Of a stretch of DNA of 44,551 bases, positions 1 to 7,405 are shown in pieces; positions within the stretch are counted from its first letter, which is position 1, and each line of letters begins with the position of its first letter. The translations under genes and the position numbers were made by a program. The notes below the pieces were generated by a model that was given only the letters and a program-made list of their open reading frames with translations, had not been told where the DNA came from and did no database searches. Source of the stretch: Candidatus Methylomirabilota bacterium (GTDB taxonomy: Bacteria > Methylomirabilota > Methylomirabilia > Rokubacteriales > CSP1-6); NCBI GenBank assembly GCA_035312605.1, contig DATGBR010000362.1:1-44551 (forward strand), given 5' to 3'.

Positions 1-1
1 C

Positions 2-703
2 CTCGGGGCCCGCCGGACCGAGATCTACCTGCTGACCAAGTGCGGCCACCCGCGCGGCTACGGCCGGGGAGACTGGCGTGCGGCCTCACTGCTCTCGAGC
101 ATCGAGCGGAGCCTGAAGCGCCTGCGCACCGACCGGCTCGATCTGATCCAGCTGCACAGCTGCGAGCAGTCCGACCTCCGCAAGGGGGAGGCCATCACCG
201 CCCTCGAGCGCGCGCGGGAGCGCGGGTGGACGCGCTACATCGGCTACAGCGGCGACGGGGAGGCGGCGCGCTTCGCGGTCGAGTGCGGGCGCTTCGACAC
301 GCTGCAGACCTCGGTGAGCATCGCGGACCAGGAGGCGATCGAGCGGACGCTGCCGCTCGCGGTGAAGCGGGGGATGGGCGTGATCGCCAAGCGGCCGATC
401 GCGAACGCGGCGTGGCGCTACGCGCGCCGCCCGTCCGAGCCCTACTACGAGCCCTACTGGGAGCGGCTCCGCGCGCTGGAGTACCCGTTCCTGCGCGACG
501 CGGAGCGCGCGGTGTCCACCGCGCTGCGCTTCACGCTCGCCGCTCCGGGCGTGCACACCGCGATCGTCGGCACCAAGCGGCCGGAGCGGTGGCCGGAGAA
601 CGCGCGCCTGCTCGAGGCGGGGCCGCTCCCCGCCGCGGAGATCGACCAGATCCGCGCGCGCTGGCGAGAGATCGCCAGGCCCTCGTGGACCGGCGAGGTC
701 TGA
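2..703 (+). CDS. aldo/keto reductase family oxidoreductase (5' end outside window)
   Basis: The frame of the 314..703 ORF stays open back to nt 2. The translation (..RTEIYLLTKCGH..SIERSLKRLRTDRLDLIQLHSCE..TRYIGYSGDGEAA..TAIVGTKRPE..) has the AKR layout. Stop TGA at 701-703. Confidence 0.85.
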   Translation, partial: LGARRTEIYLLTKCGHPRGYGRGDWRAASLLSSIERSLKRLRTDRLDLIQLHSCEQSDLRKGEAITALERARERGWTRYIGYSGDGEAARFAVECGRFDTLQTSVSIADQEAIERTLPLAVKRGMGVIAKRPIANAAWRYARRPSEPYYEPYWERLRALEYPFLRDAERAVSTALRFTLAAPGVHTAIVGTKRPERWPENARLLEAGPLPAAEIDQIRARWREIARPSWTGEV

Positions 704-709
704 CCCCGC

Positions 710-1798
710 CTACCCGACCTGGAAGCGCTTGATGGCGGCCTGATCGAACGCCAGGCCCAGGCCGGGCTTGTCGGGCACCACGAGCTGGCCATTCTCGATC
801 TTCGGCGTCTCCTCGTAGAGGCGCAGCGTCCACGGCATGTACTCCACCGTGAGGCCGTTGGGGATGGCCGCGATCAGGTGCACGTGGATCTCGGGAATCA
901 GATGGCTCACCACGGGTAGATTGAAGGCCTCGGCCATGCCCGCCACCTTCATCCACTGGGTGATGCCGCCCACCCGCAGCAGGTCGATCATCACGATGTC
1001 GATCGAGCGCGCTTCCAGCAAATGGCGGAACGGCACGATGCCGTAGTGGTACTCGCCCGCCGCGATCGGGGTGTCGAGCGCGTCGGCGATGCGGGCGAGG
1101 CCGGCGAAGTCGTCGTGGGCGGTGGGGTCTTCCAGCCAGTAGAGGTGGTAGTCCGCGATGCGCTGGCCCACGTCGATGGCGTGGTGCACGCTCCAGAGCT
1201 GGTTGATGTCGCACATCAGGTCCACGTCGGTGCCGATTGACTCGCGCATCACTCGCACCCGCTCCACCGAGGCCGCGATGGTGGGCTCGCTCCCGCACTG
1301 CATCTTCATCTGGCGGAAGCCCATGTCCCGCAGGCGCGGGCCGGCCTTGGCGAGGTAGTCCACCGGGTGCTGCCGCATCAGGGCGCCGCTCGCGTACGTG
1401 GGCGCGCGGTCGCGGAGGCCGCCGAGCAGGGCGCACACCGAGCGGCCCGCCGCCTTGCCCATGAGATCCCAGCAGGCCATGTCCACCGCGGACAGCGCGA
1501 GGGAGAAGATGCCGCCCGGCCCCGAGCTGCCGGCCAGGCGTCGGCACTTCGCCGCGATCGCCTCGACCTGGCTCGGGTCCATGCCGACGGTGAGGCGCGC
1601 GAGGCCGTCCACCGCGGCCCGCAGCGCGGGGGTGAGCGCGCCCCCGAAGAAGGTGAGCCCGATGCCCACCAGCCCCTGGTCGGTGCCCAGCTCGAGGAGC
1701 ACGAACTCCCGCGTGTCGGCCGGAGCGGGTAGACCAATCACCAATGGATTATCCGCCGGGGTCGAGAGCACGCGGGTGGTGACGTGGCTGATCTTCAT
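710..1798 (-). CDS. enolase-superfamily enzyme (mandelate racemase / muconate lactonizing family)
   Basis: Inner ATG at 1798 of the 710..2038 ORF (MKISHVTTRV..). The 80 codons upstream are R/P/G-rich filler. The body shows MR/MLE-type blocks (..DLMCDINQLW.., ..LYWLEDP.., ..AAGEY..). The ATG overlaps the upstream TGA (ATGA at 1795-1798). Confidence 0.9.
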   Translation of the reverse strand: MKISHVTTRVLSTPADNPLVIGLPAPADTREFVLLELGTDQGLVGIGLTFFGGALTPALRAAVDGLARLTVGMDPSQVEAIAAKCRRLAGSSGPGGIFSLALSAVDMACWDLMGKAAGRSVCALLGGLRDRAPTYASGALMRQHPVDYLAKAGPRLRDMGFRQMKMQCGSEPTIAASVERVRVMRESIGTDVDLMCDINQLWSVHHAIDVGQRIADYHLYWLEDPTAHDDFAGLARIADALDTPIAAGEYHYGIVPFRHLLEARSIDIVMIDLLRVGGITQWMKVAGMAEAFNLPVVSHLIPEIHVHLIAAIPNGLTVEYMPWTLRLYEETPKIENGQLVVPDKPGLGLAFDQAAIKRFQVG

Positions 1799-2721
1799 TT
1801 TTTGTACTTGCCGGTGAGCTGGGGCGTGGTGCCCTCCTGCCCCTTCTCCTGCCGGTCGAGCCGCGTCTCGCGCGACCACGTCCGCTTGAGCTCGTCCCGG
1901 ATGTTGAACTGGAGCTTGCCCAGGCCCTCGGTTTCGAGCTCGATGCGATCGCCGTCCTGGAAGCCGGAGAGGCCGCGGTGGTTCGTGCCGGTGGCGAGCA
2001 CGTCGCCCGGCTCCAGCGTGTGGATGCTGGTCACCCACTCGATGCAGCGCGGGATCTTGTGGGCCATGTCGCTCGTGTTGAACGATTGCTTGACCGTGCC
2101 GTTGACCGAGAGCCGGATCGCCAGCTGATGGGGATCCTTGATCTCGTCGGCGGTCACCAGGTACGGGCCCATCGGGGCGAAGGTATCGCGTGACTTCATC
2201 TGGTAGAAGGTGTTGCCGGTGGGCAGGAGCCCGCGGGCCGAGCCGTCGATGAAGTTGCAGTAGCCGAAGATGTACTCCATCGCCCGCGCGGCCGGCACCG
2301 CGGTGGCGCGCTTGCCGATGATCAGCGCGACCTCGGCCTCACCCTCGAAGATGGTGGCGGGCACGTCGGGTAGCACCATGGTGTCGCCGTGCCCGATCAC
2401 CGCGCCTGGCGACTTCATGAAGGCGTTGATCGGGGCCGGCTCGCTGCGGGTCCCGTCCTCCATGTAGTTCACCGCCATGCACACGATGTTGGTGGGCTTG
2501 GGCAGCGGCGGGCGGATGCGCACCCCGCTCACCGGGTGAGGCTTGCCGCGGCCGGCCGCCTCCTCGATCTTCTTGCGGTAGTCGGCGAAGCGGGCGATGA
2601 GCTCGCTCATGAGGTCGCCGGGTCCGGTGTGGGGGACGTCCTTCACGACGTCGGAGACGTCCACCACCTGATCGCCACGGAGCACGCCCAGCCGGAAATC
2701 GTCGAAGAGTAGCAGTTTCAC
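1795..2721 (-). CDS. fumarylacetoacetate hydrolase (FAH) family protein
   Basis: 308-aa ORF with a GTG start at 2721 and AAGGAGG 5 nt upstream. FAH-type C-terminal fold blocks are present (..FEGEAEVALIIGK.., ..GYCNFIDGSAR.., ..LEPGDVLATGT..). Confidence 0.9.
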   Translation of the reverse strand: MKLLLFDDFRLGVLRGDQVVDVSDVVKDVPHTGPGDLMSELIARFADYRKKIEEAAGRGKPHPVSGVRIRPPLPKPTNIVCMAVNYMEDGTRSEPAPINAFMKSPGAVIGHGDTMVLPDVPATIFEGEAEVALIIGKRATAVPAARAMEYIFGYCNFIDGSARGLLPTGNTFYQMKSRDTFAPMGPYLVTADEIKDPHQLAIRLSVNGTVKQSFNTSDMAHKIPRCIEWVTSIHTLEPGDVLATGTNHRGLSGFQDGDRIELETEGLGKLQFNIRDELKRTWSRETRLDRQEKGQEGTTPQLTGKYKK

Positions 2722-2775
2722 GGTGTCCTCCTTGTCGCGCGGAGCTTCGTCACCTGGAGTTGCGGAGCCGGGCCC

Positions 2776-2804
2776 ATCCTACTCGCGGCCCGGGGTGTTG
2801 ACAA
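2776..2804 (-). promoter_or_regulatory. sigma70-type promoter candidate for the FAH/enolase operon
   Basis: The minus strand reads TTGTCA-N17-TAGGAT (complement of 2799-2804 and 2776-2781). A start near 2769 would leave a ~47-nt leader carrying the AAGGAGG site. Confidence 0.4.
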
Positions 2805-2832
2805 CGGTCTCGGCGGCGGCGACCCTAGCCCC

Positions 2833-3954
2833 ATGAAGGGACGGGTGGCGGTGCTGAAGGCGTACGGCGGCGAGTTCGAGCTGCGCGAGTATCCGGTGCC
2901 GGACCCGGAGCCCGGCGCGATCCTGATCAAGCTGACGCGGGCCGGGGTGTGCGGCTCGGACCTGCACATCTGGCGAGGCGAGATGAAGGAGGTCTACGGC
3001 GCGCTGCCGAAGGACCTCACGTTCGGCCACGAGATGGCCGGGCGGGTGGAGCGGCTGGGCGCGGGCGTCACCACCGACTCGATGGGGCGGCCGCTGCGCG
3101 AGGGCGACCGCGTGACCTTCTGCTACTTCTTCCCGTGCGGCCGCTGTCCGGTCTGCCTGAACGACGAGATGGGGAGCTGCCCGCAGAAGGTGCGGCCGAA
3201 CCGGGTGGCGGGGAGCGCGCCCTACTTCAACAACGCCTACGGCGACTACTACTACCTGCGCCCGAACCACTTCGTGTTCAAGGTGCCGGACGAGATCGCG
3301 GAGGACATGGCCACGCCGGTCAACTGCGCGCTCTCGCAGGTGCTCTACGGCCTGCGCAAGGCGGGGTTCCGCGCCGGCCACTCCCTGGTGGTGCAGGGGG
3401 CGGGCGGCCTCGGCATCAACGCGGTCGCGGTGGCGCGCGACATGGGGGCCGAGACCGTCATCGTGGTCGACCGCCTCGCCCCGCGGCTCGCGCTCGCCAA
3501 GGCCTTCGGCGCCGACCACACCATCAACGCGACCGAGATCTCCTCCGCGGACAGGCGGGTCGACGCGGTGAAGGCGCTCACCGACGGGTTCGGGGCCGAC
3601 GTGGTCGCCGATTTCGTGGGCTACGCCGACGTGATCCCGGAGGGCCTGCGCATGCTGCGGGGCGGCGGCTGCTACCTGGAGGTGGGGAGCATCTCGCCGG
3701 GGAACATCTTCTCGTTCGACGCCACCGCGCTGGTGCGCGGCAACACCCGGCTCGTGGCGACCTCCAACTACTCGCCGTGGGCGCTCGAGCAGTCGCTCTC
3801 CTTCATGAAGCGCAACCTGAAGCGCTTCCCATTCGACCGGGTGATCTCGCACGTGTTCCCGCTCGAGCGCATCTCGGAGGCCTTCACCCAGGCCGACTGG
3901 GCCCAGCGCGGCGGCGACCCCGCCGGCGTCTCCCGCGCCGCCATCTCGATGTAG
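2833..3954 (+). CDS. zinc-binding alcohol dehydrogenase (MDR family)
   Basis: 373-aa ORF. It has GVCGSDLH, GHEMAG, the structural-zinc motif CGRCPVCLNDEMGSC (C-x2-C-x2-C-x7-C) and a GAGGLG Rossmann motif. Confidence 0.9.
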   Translation: MKGRVAVLKAYGGEFELREYPVPDPEPGAILIKLTRAGVCGSDLHIWRGEMKEVYGALPKDLTFGHEMAGRVERLGAGVTTDSMGRPLREGDRVTFCYFFPCGRCPVCLNDEMGSCPQKVRPNRVAGSAPYFNNAYGDYYYLRPNHFVFKVPDEIAEDMATPVNCALSQVLYGLRKAGFRAGHSLVVQGAGGLGINAVAVARDMGAETVIVVDRLAPRLALAKAFGADHTINATEISSADRRVDAVKALTDGFGADVVADFVGYADVIPEGLRMLRGGGCYLEVGSISPGNIFSFDATALVRGNTRLVATSNYSPWALEQSLSFMKRNLKRFPFDRVISHVFPLERISEAFTQADWAQRGGDPAGVSRAAISM

Positions 3955-3972
3955 CGGGAGACCTCGTCGGGC

Positions 3973-5082
3973 CTAGACGCGGTAGCGCTGGATCAGCGCC
4001 TCGTCGAGGACGAGGCCGAAGCCGGGGCCGTCGGGAATCGGAAACAGGCCGTCCTTGACCGCGGGACGGTTGGCCCAGAGGGCCTGCCAGGCGGGGTCGC
4101 GCTCCGGATCGGCGAAGCACTCCACGTAGGTGCCGTGCGGCACCGCGGCCAGCAGCTGGCCCGCGATCTGCGGCTCCTCGTGGTGCGCCATCTTCACGCC
4201 CGCGGCCTCGCACAGGGCCGCGGCGCGCTGCCACTCGGTCACGCCGCCGCCCTCGGAGGCGTCGAAGTTGACCAGGTCCACCGCGCCCGCGTCGAGGAGC
4301 CGCCGCACCGCGTGGCTCGTGATCTCGGACTGGCCCGCAGTGATCGGGATGCGCGTCGCCCGCCGCACCTCCGCCATCGTGCGGGCGTCGTCGTGCCAGT
4401 GGCACGGCTCCTCGAACCACGCGATGTCGAGGGGCTCGACCAGGTGTGCGAAGCGGGCCGCATCTTCCACCGCCCAGCCCCGGTTGGCGTCCACCGCCAG
4501 CACGAAGCCGGGGCCGGCGGCGGCCCGCGCGGCCCGGACGCGCTCCGCGTCGGCCTCGGGGGCGAGGCCGCCCACCTTGAACTTGCAGCCGGCCATGCCC
4601 GCCTCGCGGTAGCTCTCCATCTCGCGGCCGATGTCGGCCAGGGTCTTGCCCTCGCGGTAGTAGCCGCCGATCGAGATGATGGGCAGGCGCCGGCCCGGCT
4701 GGCCGCCGAGCATCGCGCACACGCTCTGGCCCCGGGCGCGGCCGAGGACATCCCAGATCGCGCAGTCCACGCAGGCGATCGCTTCCATCAAGAGCTTCCG
4801 GTCGCGGCTCGCGTGGGAAAGGGCGAAGAGGCGGCTCCAGATGCGCTCGACCTCGGCGGGATCCTGCTCCTTAAGGATCGGCGCCAGGTCGTCCCGGATC
4901 AGCCGGACGATCTCGGGCCCGTGCTCGCGGTTGTCCCCGTTGTAGACCAGGCCGACGAGGCCGTCATCCGTCCGGAGCCGGGTGACGACGGTGGAGCGCT
5001 TGAGGACCGCGTAGGTGCTGCCGCCGAAGTTGCGCCGCAGCGGGATGTCGATGGCGATCGCGTCGACGGTGTGGATGCGCAT
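3973..5082 (-). CDS. enolase-superfamily enzyme (mandelate racemase / muconate lactonizing family), second copy
   Basis: Inner ATG at 5082 (MRIHTVDAIAIDIPL..) of the 3973..5220 ORF. MR/MLE blocks are present (..FKVGG.., ..LAVDANRGW.., ..AWFEEP.., ..ITAGQSE..). Confidence 0.9.
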   Translation of the reverse strand: MRIHTVDAIAIDIPLRRNFGGSTYAVLKRSTVVTRLRTDDGLVGLVYNGDNREHGPEIVRLIRDDLAPILKEQDPAEVERIWSRLFALSHASRDRKLLMEAIACVDCAIWDVLGRARGQSVCAMLGGQPGRRLPIISIGGYYREGKTLADIGREMESYREAGMAGCKFKVGGLAPEADAERVRAARAAAGPGFVLAVDANRGWAVEDAARFAHLVEPLDIAWFEEPCHWHDDARTMAEVRRATRIPITAGQSEITSHAVRRLLDAGAVDLVNFDASEGGGVTEWQRAAALCEAAGVKMAHHEEPQIAGQLLAAVPHGTYVECFADPERDPAWQALWANRPAVKDGLFPIPDGPGFGLVLDEALIQRYRV

Positions 5083-5216
5083 GCGCCGAAAGTCCCCGCG
5101 CGCGATGCCTCCGGTCAGTTGGGGATGATCGCGGCGCGGGTGACGTGGCCCTTGTCCTGCTGGACGAAGGCCTCCTCGATCGCCTCCAGGGGGAACTTGT
5201 GCGAGATGATCCGGTC

Positions 5217-6227
5217 TCACGGATAGCGCCCGCGGGTGCGGGCCATCATGTCGAGCGCGCCGCGCAGGTGCTCGGCCTCGTAGTGGGAGAGGCCGATGAT
5301 GCGGCGGTTGCCGAAGATGATCCAGGCCGGATCGAACTCCGCCTTCCAGCCCACATTGATGTTGCCGATCTCGAGGTAGGTGCCCTCCGGCGCGGTCATC
5401 CGCAGTCCCTCGTCGACCACCTTGGGATTGCCCACCAGCTCCATCACCACGTCACCGCCCCAGTCATCGGTGAGCTTCCTCACCGCCTTGATGCGGTCCT
5501 CGGGCGTCTTGTGCTCGCGCATGTCGACCACGTCGGTGGCCCCGAAGGAGCGGGCGAGGGTGAGCCGCTCCTCCACGCCGTCGATGATGACGACGCGCGC
5601 CGCGCCCATCTCCTTCGCCACCGCGCACGCGTAGACCCCGAGGCCGCCCGCGCCCTGGATCACCACCGTCTGGCCCGCGCGCACCGCCGCGATGTCGAGG
5701 CCCGCGTAGACCTGGGAGAAGGCGCAATTGACACCGGCCGCCATCTCGTCGCTGATGTCGTCCGACAGCTTGAACACCGCGTGGTTCGGACGCAGGTAGA
5801 AGTACTGGCCGAAGCCGCCCTGGAAGTGCGGCCACACCTCGCAGGAGACGAGGAAGTTGGCCTGGCGCACCGGGCAGGACTTGGTCTTGCCCTTGAGACA
5901 CATGCGGCAGCGCCCGCACGGGAAGAAGAAGCGGTACGCGACGCGGTCGCCCACCGCGAGAGGACGGCCCGCCGAGTCGGTGGTGACGCCGGCACCGAGC
6001 TTGGCCACGCGGCCCACGTGCTCGTGACCGGTGTTGAGCGGCAGCGGGCGGCCCATCTTCACGTAGTCGAGCTCGCCGCGCCAGTAGTGCAGGTCCGAGC
6101 CGCACACGTTGGCCATCGCGACCTTGACCAGCACCGCGCCCGGCTCGGGATCCGGCACCGGGTACTCGCGGATCTCGAACGGCTTGCCCGCGCCGTGAAA
6201 CACCGCCATCCTCGCCGTCTCGGCCAT
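5217..6227 (-). CDS. zinc-binding alcohol dehydrogenase (MDR family), cut short by an in-frame TGA; the conserved C-terminus continues to 5115
   Basis: ATG at 6227 (MAETARMAVFHGAGKPFEIREYPVPDPEPG..) with GGGAGGG 6 nt upstream. It is a paralog of 2833..3954 (same CGRC..C..C zinc motif, GAGGLG). The ORF stops at TGA 5217-5219, but the same frame continues as DRIISHKFPLEAIEEAFVQQDKGHVTRAAIIPN to TGA 5115-5117, matching the paralog C-terminus FDRVISHVFPLERISEAF. Confidence 0.8.
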   Translation of the reverse strand: MAETARMAVFHGAGKPFEIREYPVPDPEPGAVLVKVAMANVCGSDLHYWRGELDYVKMGRPLPLNTGHEHVGRVAKLGAGVTTDSAGRPLAVGDRVAYRFFFPCGRCRMCLKGKTKSCPVRQANFLVSCEVWPHFQGGFGQYFYLRPNHAVFKLSDDISDEMAAGVNCAFSQVYAGLDIAAVRAGQTVVIQGAGGLGVYACAVAKEMGAARVVIIDGVEERLTLARSFGATDVVDMREHKTPEDRIKAVRKLTDDWGGDVVMELVGNPKVVDEGLRMTAPEGTYLEIGNINVGWKAEFDPAWIIFGNRRIIGLSHYEAEHLRGALDMMARTRGRYP

Positions 6228-6259
6228 GGGTCCCTCCCTAGATGATGGACGACGGCGGA

Positions 6260-6268
6260 AGTCTAGCA
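6260..6268 (-). promoter_or_regulatory. extended -10 promoter candidate (TGcTAGACT) for the Zn-ADH gene
   Basis: The complement of 6260-6268 reads TGCTAGACT (TGn + TAnnnT). A start near 6253 gives a ~26-nt leader containing the GGGAGGG RBS. Confidence 0.35.
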
Positions 6269-6294
6269 TGTCAGGCATCGACCCGTTGTCGGGG

Positions 6295-6303
6295 TGGTAG
6301 ACT
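6295..6303 (+). promoter_or_regulatory. extended -10 promoter candidate (TGgTAGACT) for trpS
   Basis: TGGTAGACT lies at 6295-6303, 48 nt before the trpS ATG and back-to-back with the 6260-6268 element. Confidence 0.35.
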
Positions 6304-6350
6304 CGCGGCCAGCGTGAACCCCCGCGGTAGGGGGAAGGGATGAGGAAGCC

Positions 6351-7358
6351 ATGACCCGGCGAACCGTCCTGACGGGGATACGACCGACCGGACCACTACA
6401 CCTCGGGCACTACGCGGGCGCACTAGAGAACTGGCTCCGCCTCCAGGATGACTACGAGTGCTTTTTCCTGATCGCCGATTATCAGGTCTCCGACTATGCG
6501 GATGACATCCAGCACGTTCGGGAATCAGTGTGGGAAGTGGCGCTTGACTGGCTGGCGGTCGGCCTTGACCCGCAGCGCAGCCATTTCGTCATCGAGAGTC
6601 TCGTTCCGCAGCACACCGAGTTGACGGTGATCCTGAGTTGGTTCATGTCCCTCGGACGCTTGCAGCGCAATCCCACCCTCAAGGCGGAGATGGACGATCT
6701 TGATGCCGGAAAGAAGGGAGTTCCGGTCGGGTTCTTCATCTATCCCGTGATGCAGGTTGCCAACATCCTGCTGCCACGCGCCGACCTCGTCCCGGTCGGT
6801 GAAGATCAGCTACCGCACATCGAGATGACTCGCGAGATTGCGCGCAAGTTCAACCGAGACTTCGGGGATGTCTTCGTTGAGCCCGCGGGGCTGGTGGGAC
6901 GGGTTCCGCGTCTGGTCGGGATCGACGGCAAGGCCAAGATGAGCAAGTCTGTCGGCAACGCGATCTACCTCAAGGACGATGCGCAGACGGTGGAGCGGAA
7001 GGTCATGAGCATGTACACCGACCCGACTCGGCTCCGGGCGACCGATCCGGGCCATGTGGAGGGCAATCCGGTCTTCATGTACCACGATGCCTTCAATCCA
7101 GACGCAGACGAGGTCCACGACCTCAAGTCTAGGTACACGAGGGGAGCGGTCGGCGATGTGGAGGTCAAGAGAAGGCTGACGGTCGTGCTCAACGACCTTC
7201 TGGGGCCCATCCGTGAGCGGCGAGCCTACTTCGCCGCTCATCACCACATCGCGAAGGAAGCCCTCGACGAGGGCAGTCAGATTGCACGGGCGGTGGCCGA
7301 GCAGACGATGGCGGCGACCCGAAAGGGACTACGTCTCGACTATCTTCAACGGGGCTGA
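6351..7358 (+). CDS. trpS: tryptophan--tRNA ligase
   Basis: 335 aa. It has the class I HIGH-type motif (GPLHLGHY), KMSKS (GKAKMSKSVGN) and the VGEDQLPHIEMTREIARKFN block typical of TrpRS. Purine-rich RBS GGGAAGGGATGAGGAAG. Codon usage is clearly less GC3-biased than in the neighbours. Confidence 0.95.
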   Translation: MTRRTVLTGIRPTGPLHLGHYAGALENWLRLQDDYECFFLIADYQVSDYADDIQHVRESVWEVALDWLAVGLDPQRSHFVIESLVPQHTELTVILSWFMSLGRLQRNPTLKAEMDDLDAGKKGVPVGFFIYPVMQVANILLPRADLVPVGEDQLPHIEMTREIARKFNRDFGDVFVEPAGLVGRVPRLVGIDGKAKMSKSVGNAIYLKDDAQTVERKVMSMYTDPTRLRATDPGHVEGNPVFMYHDAFNPDADEVHDLKSRYTRGAVGDVEVKRRLTVVLNDLLGPIRERRAYFAAHHHIAKEALDEGSQIARAVAEQTMAATRKGLRLDYLQRG

Positions 7359-7370
7359 CTCTGACTCGTG

Positions 7371-7379
7371 TGGTAGGCT
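7371..7379 (+). promoter_or_regulatory. extended -10 promoter candidate (TGgTAGGCT) for the 2-hydroxyacid dehydrogenase operon
   Basis: TGGTAGGCT lies at 7371-7379, 26 nt before ATG 7406. Confidence 0.3.
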
Positions 7380-7405
7380 ACGGGGCGCCCGGGGGGGGGC
7401 GGCCC

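Noticed and set aside
2798-2803. A perfect TTGACA -35 box on the plus strand upstream of the ADH gene at 2833.
   Set aside because: No acceptable -10 hexamer follows at 16-19 nt (GACCCT; TAGCCC lies 22 nt away). The same bases form the -35 (TTGTCA) of a well-spaced minus-strand promoter. The plus-strand promoter remains unresolved.
5217-5219. Selenocysteine as the explanation for the in-frame TGA in the Zn-ADH.
   Set aside because: The aligned residue in the paralog is Phe in a hydrophobic context, not a catalytic Cys. I could not find a SECIS-like hairpin in the ~40 nt downstream of the TGA.
6228-6350. A T-box or other leader riboswitch upstream of trpS.
   Set aside because: The whole spacer is 123 nt and is shared with a divergent promoter, which is far too short for a T-box. 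I saw only a trivial 5-bp hairpin (CCCCC-GCGGTA-GGGGG).
6294-7384. Imperfect direct repeats GTGGTAGACTCGCGG (6294-6308) and GTGGTAGGCTACGGG (7370-7384) flanking trpS, considered as possible attachment or target-site duplication marks of an insertion.
   Set aside because: Only 11 of 15 positions match. The conserved core (TGGTAGnCT) also occurs upstream of nudC, and a variant upstream of the ADH. They are better explained as extended -10 promoter elements. No integrase or transposase is nearby.
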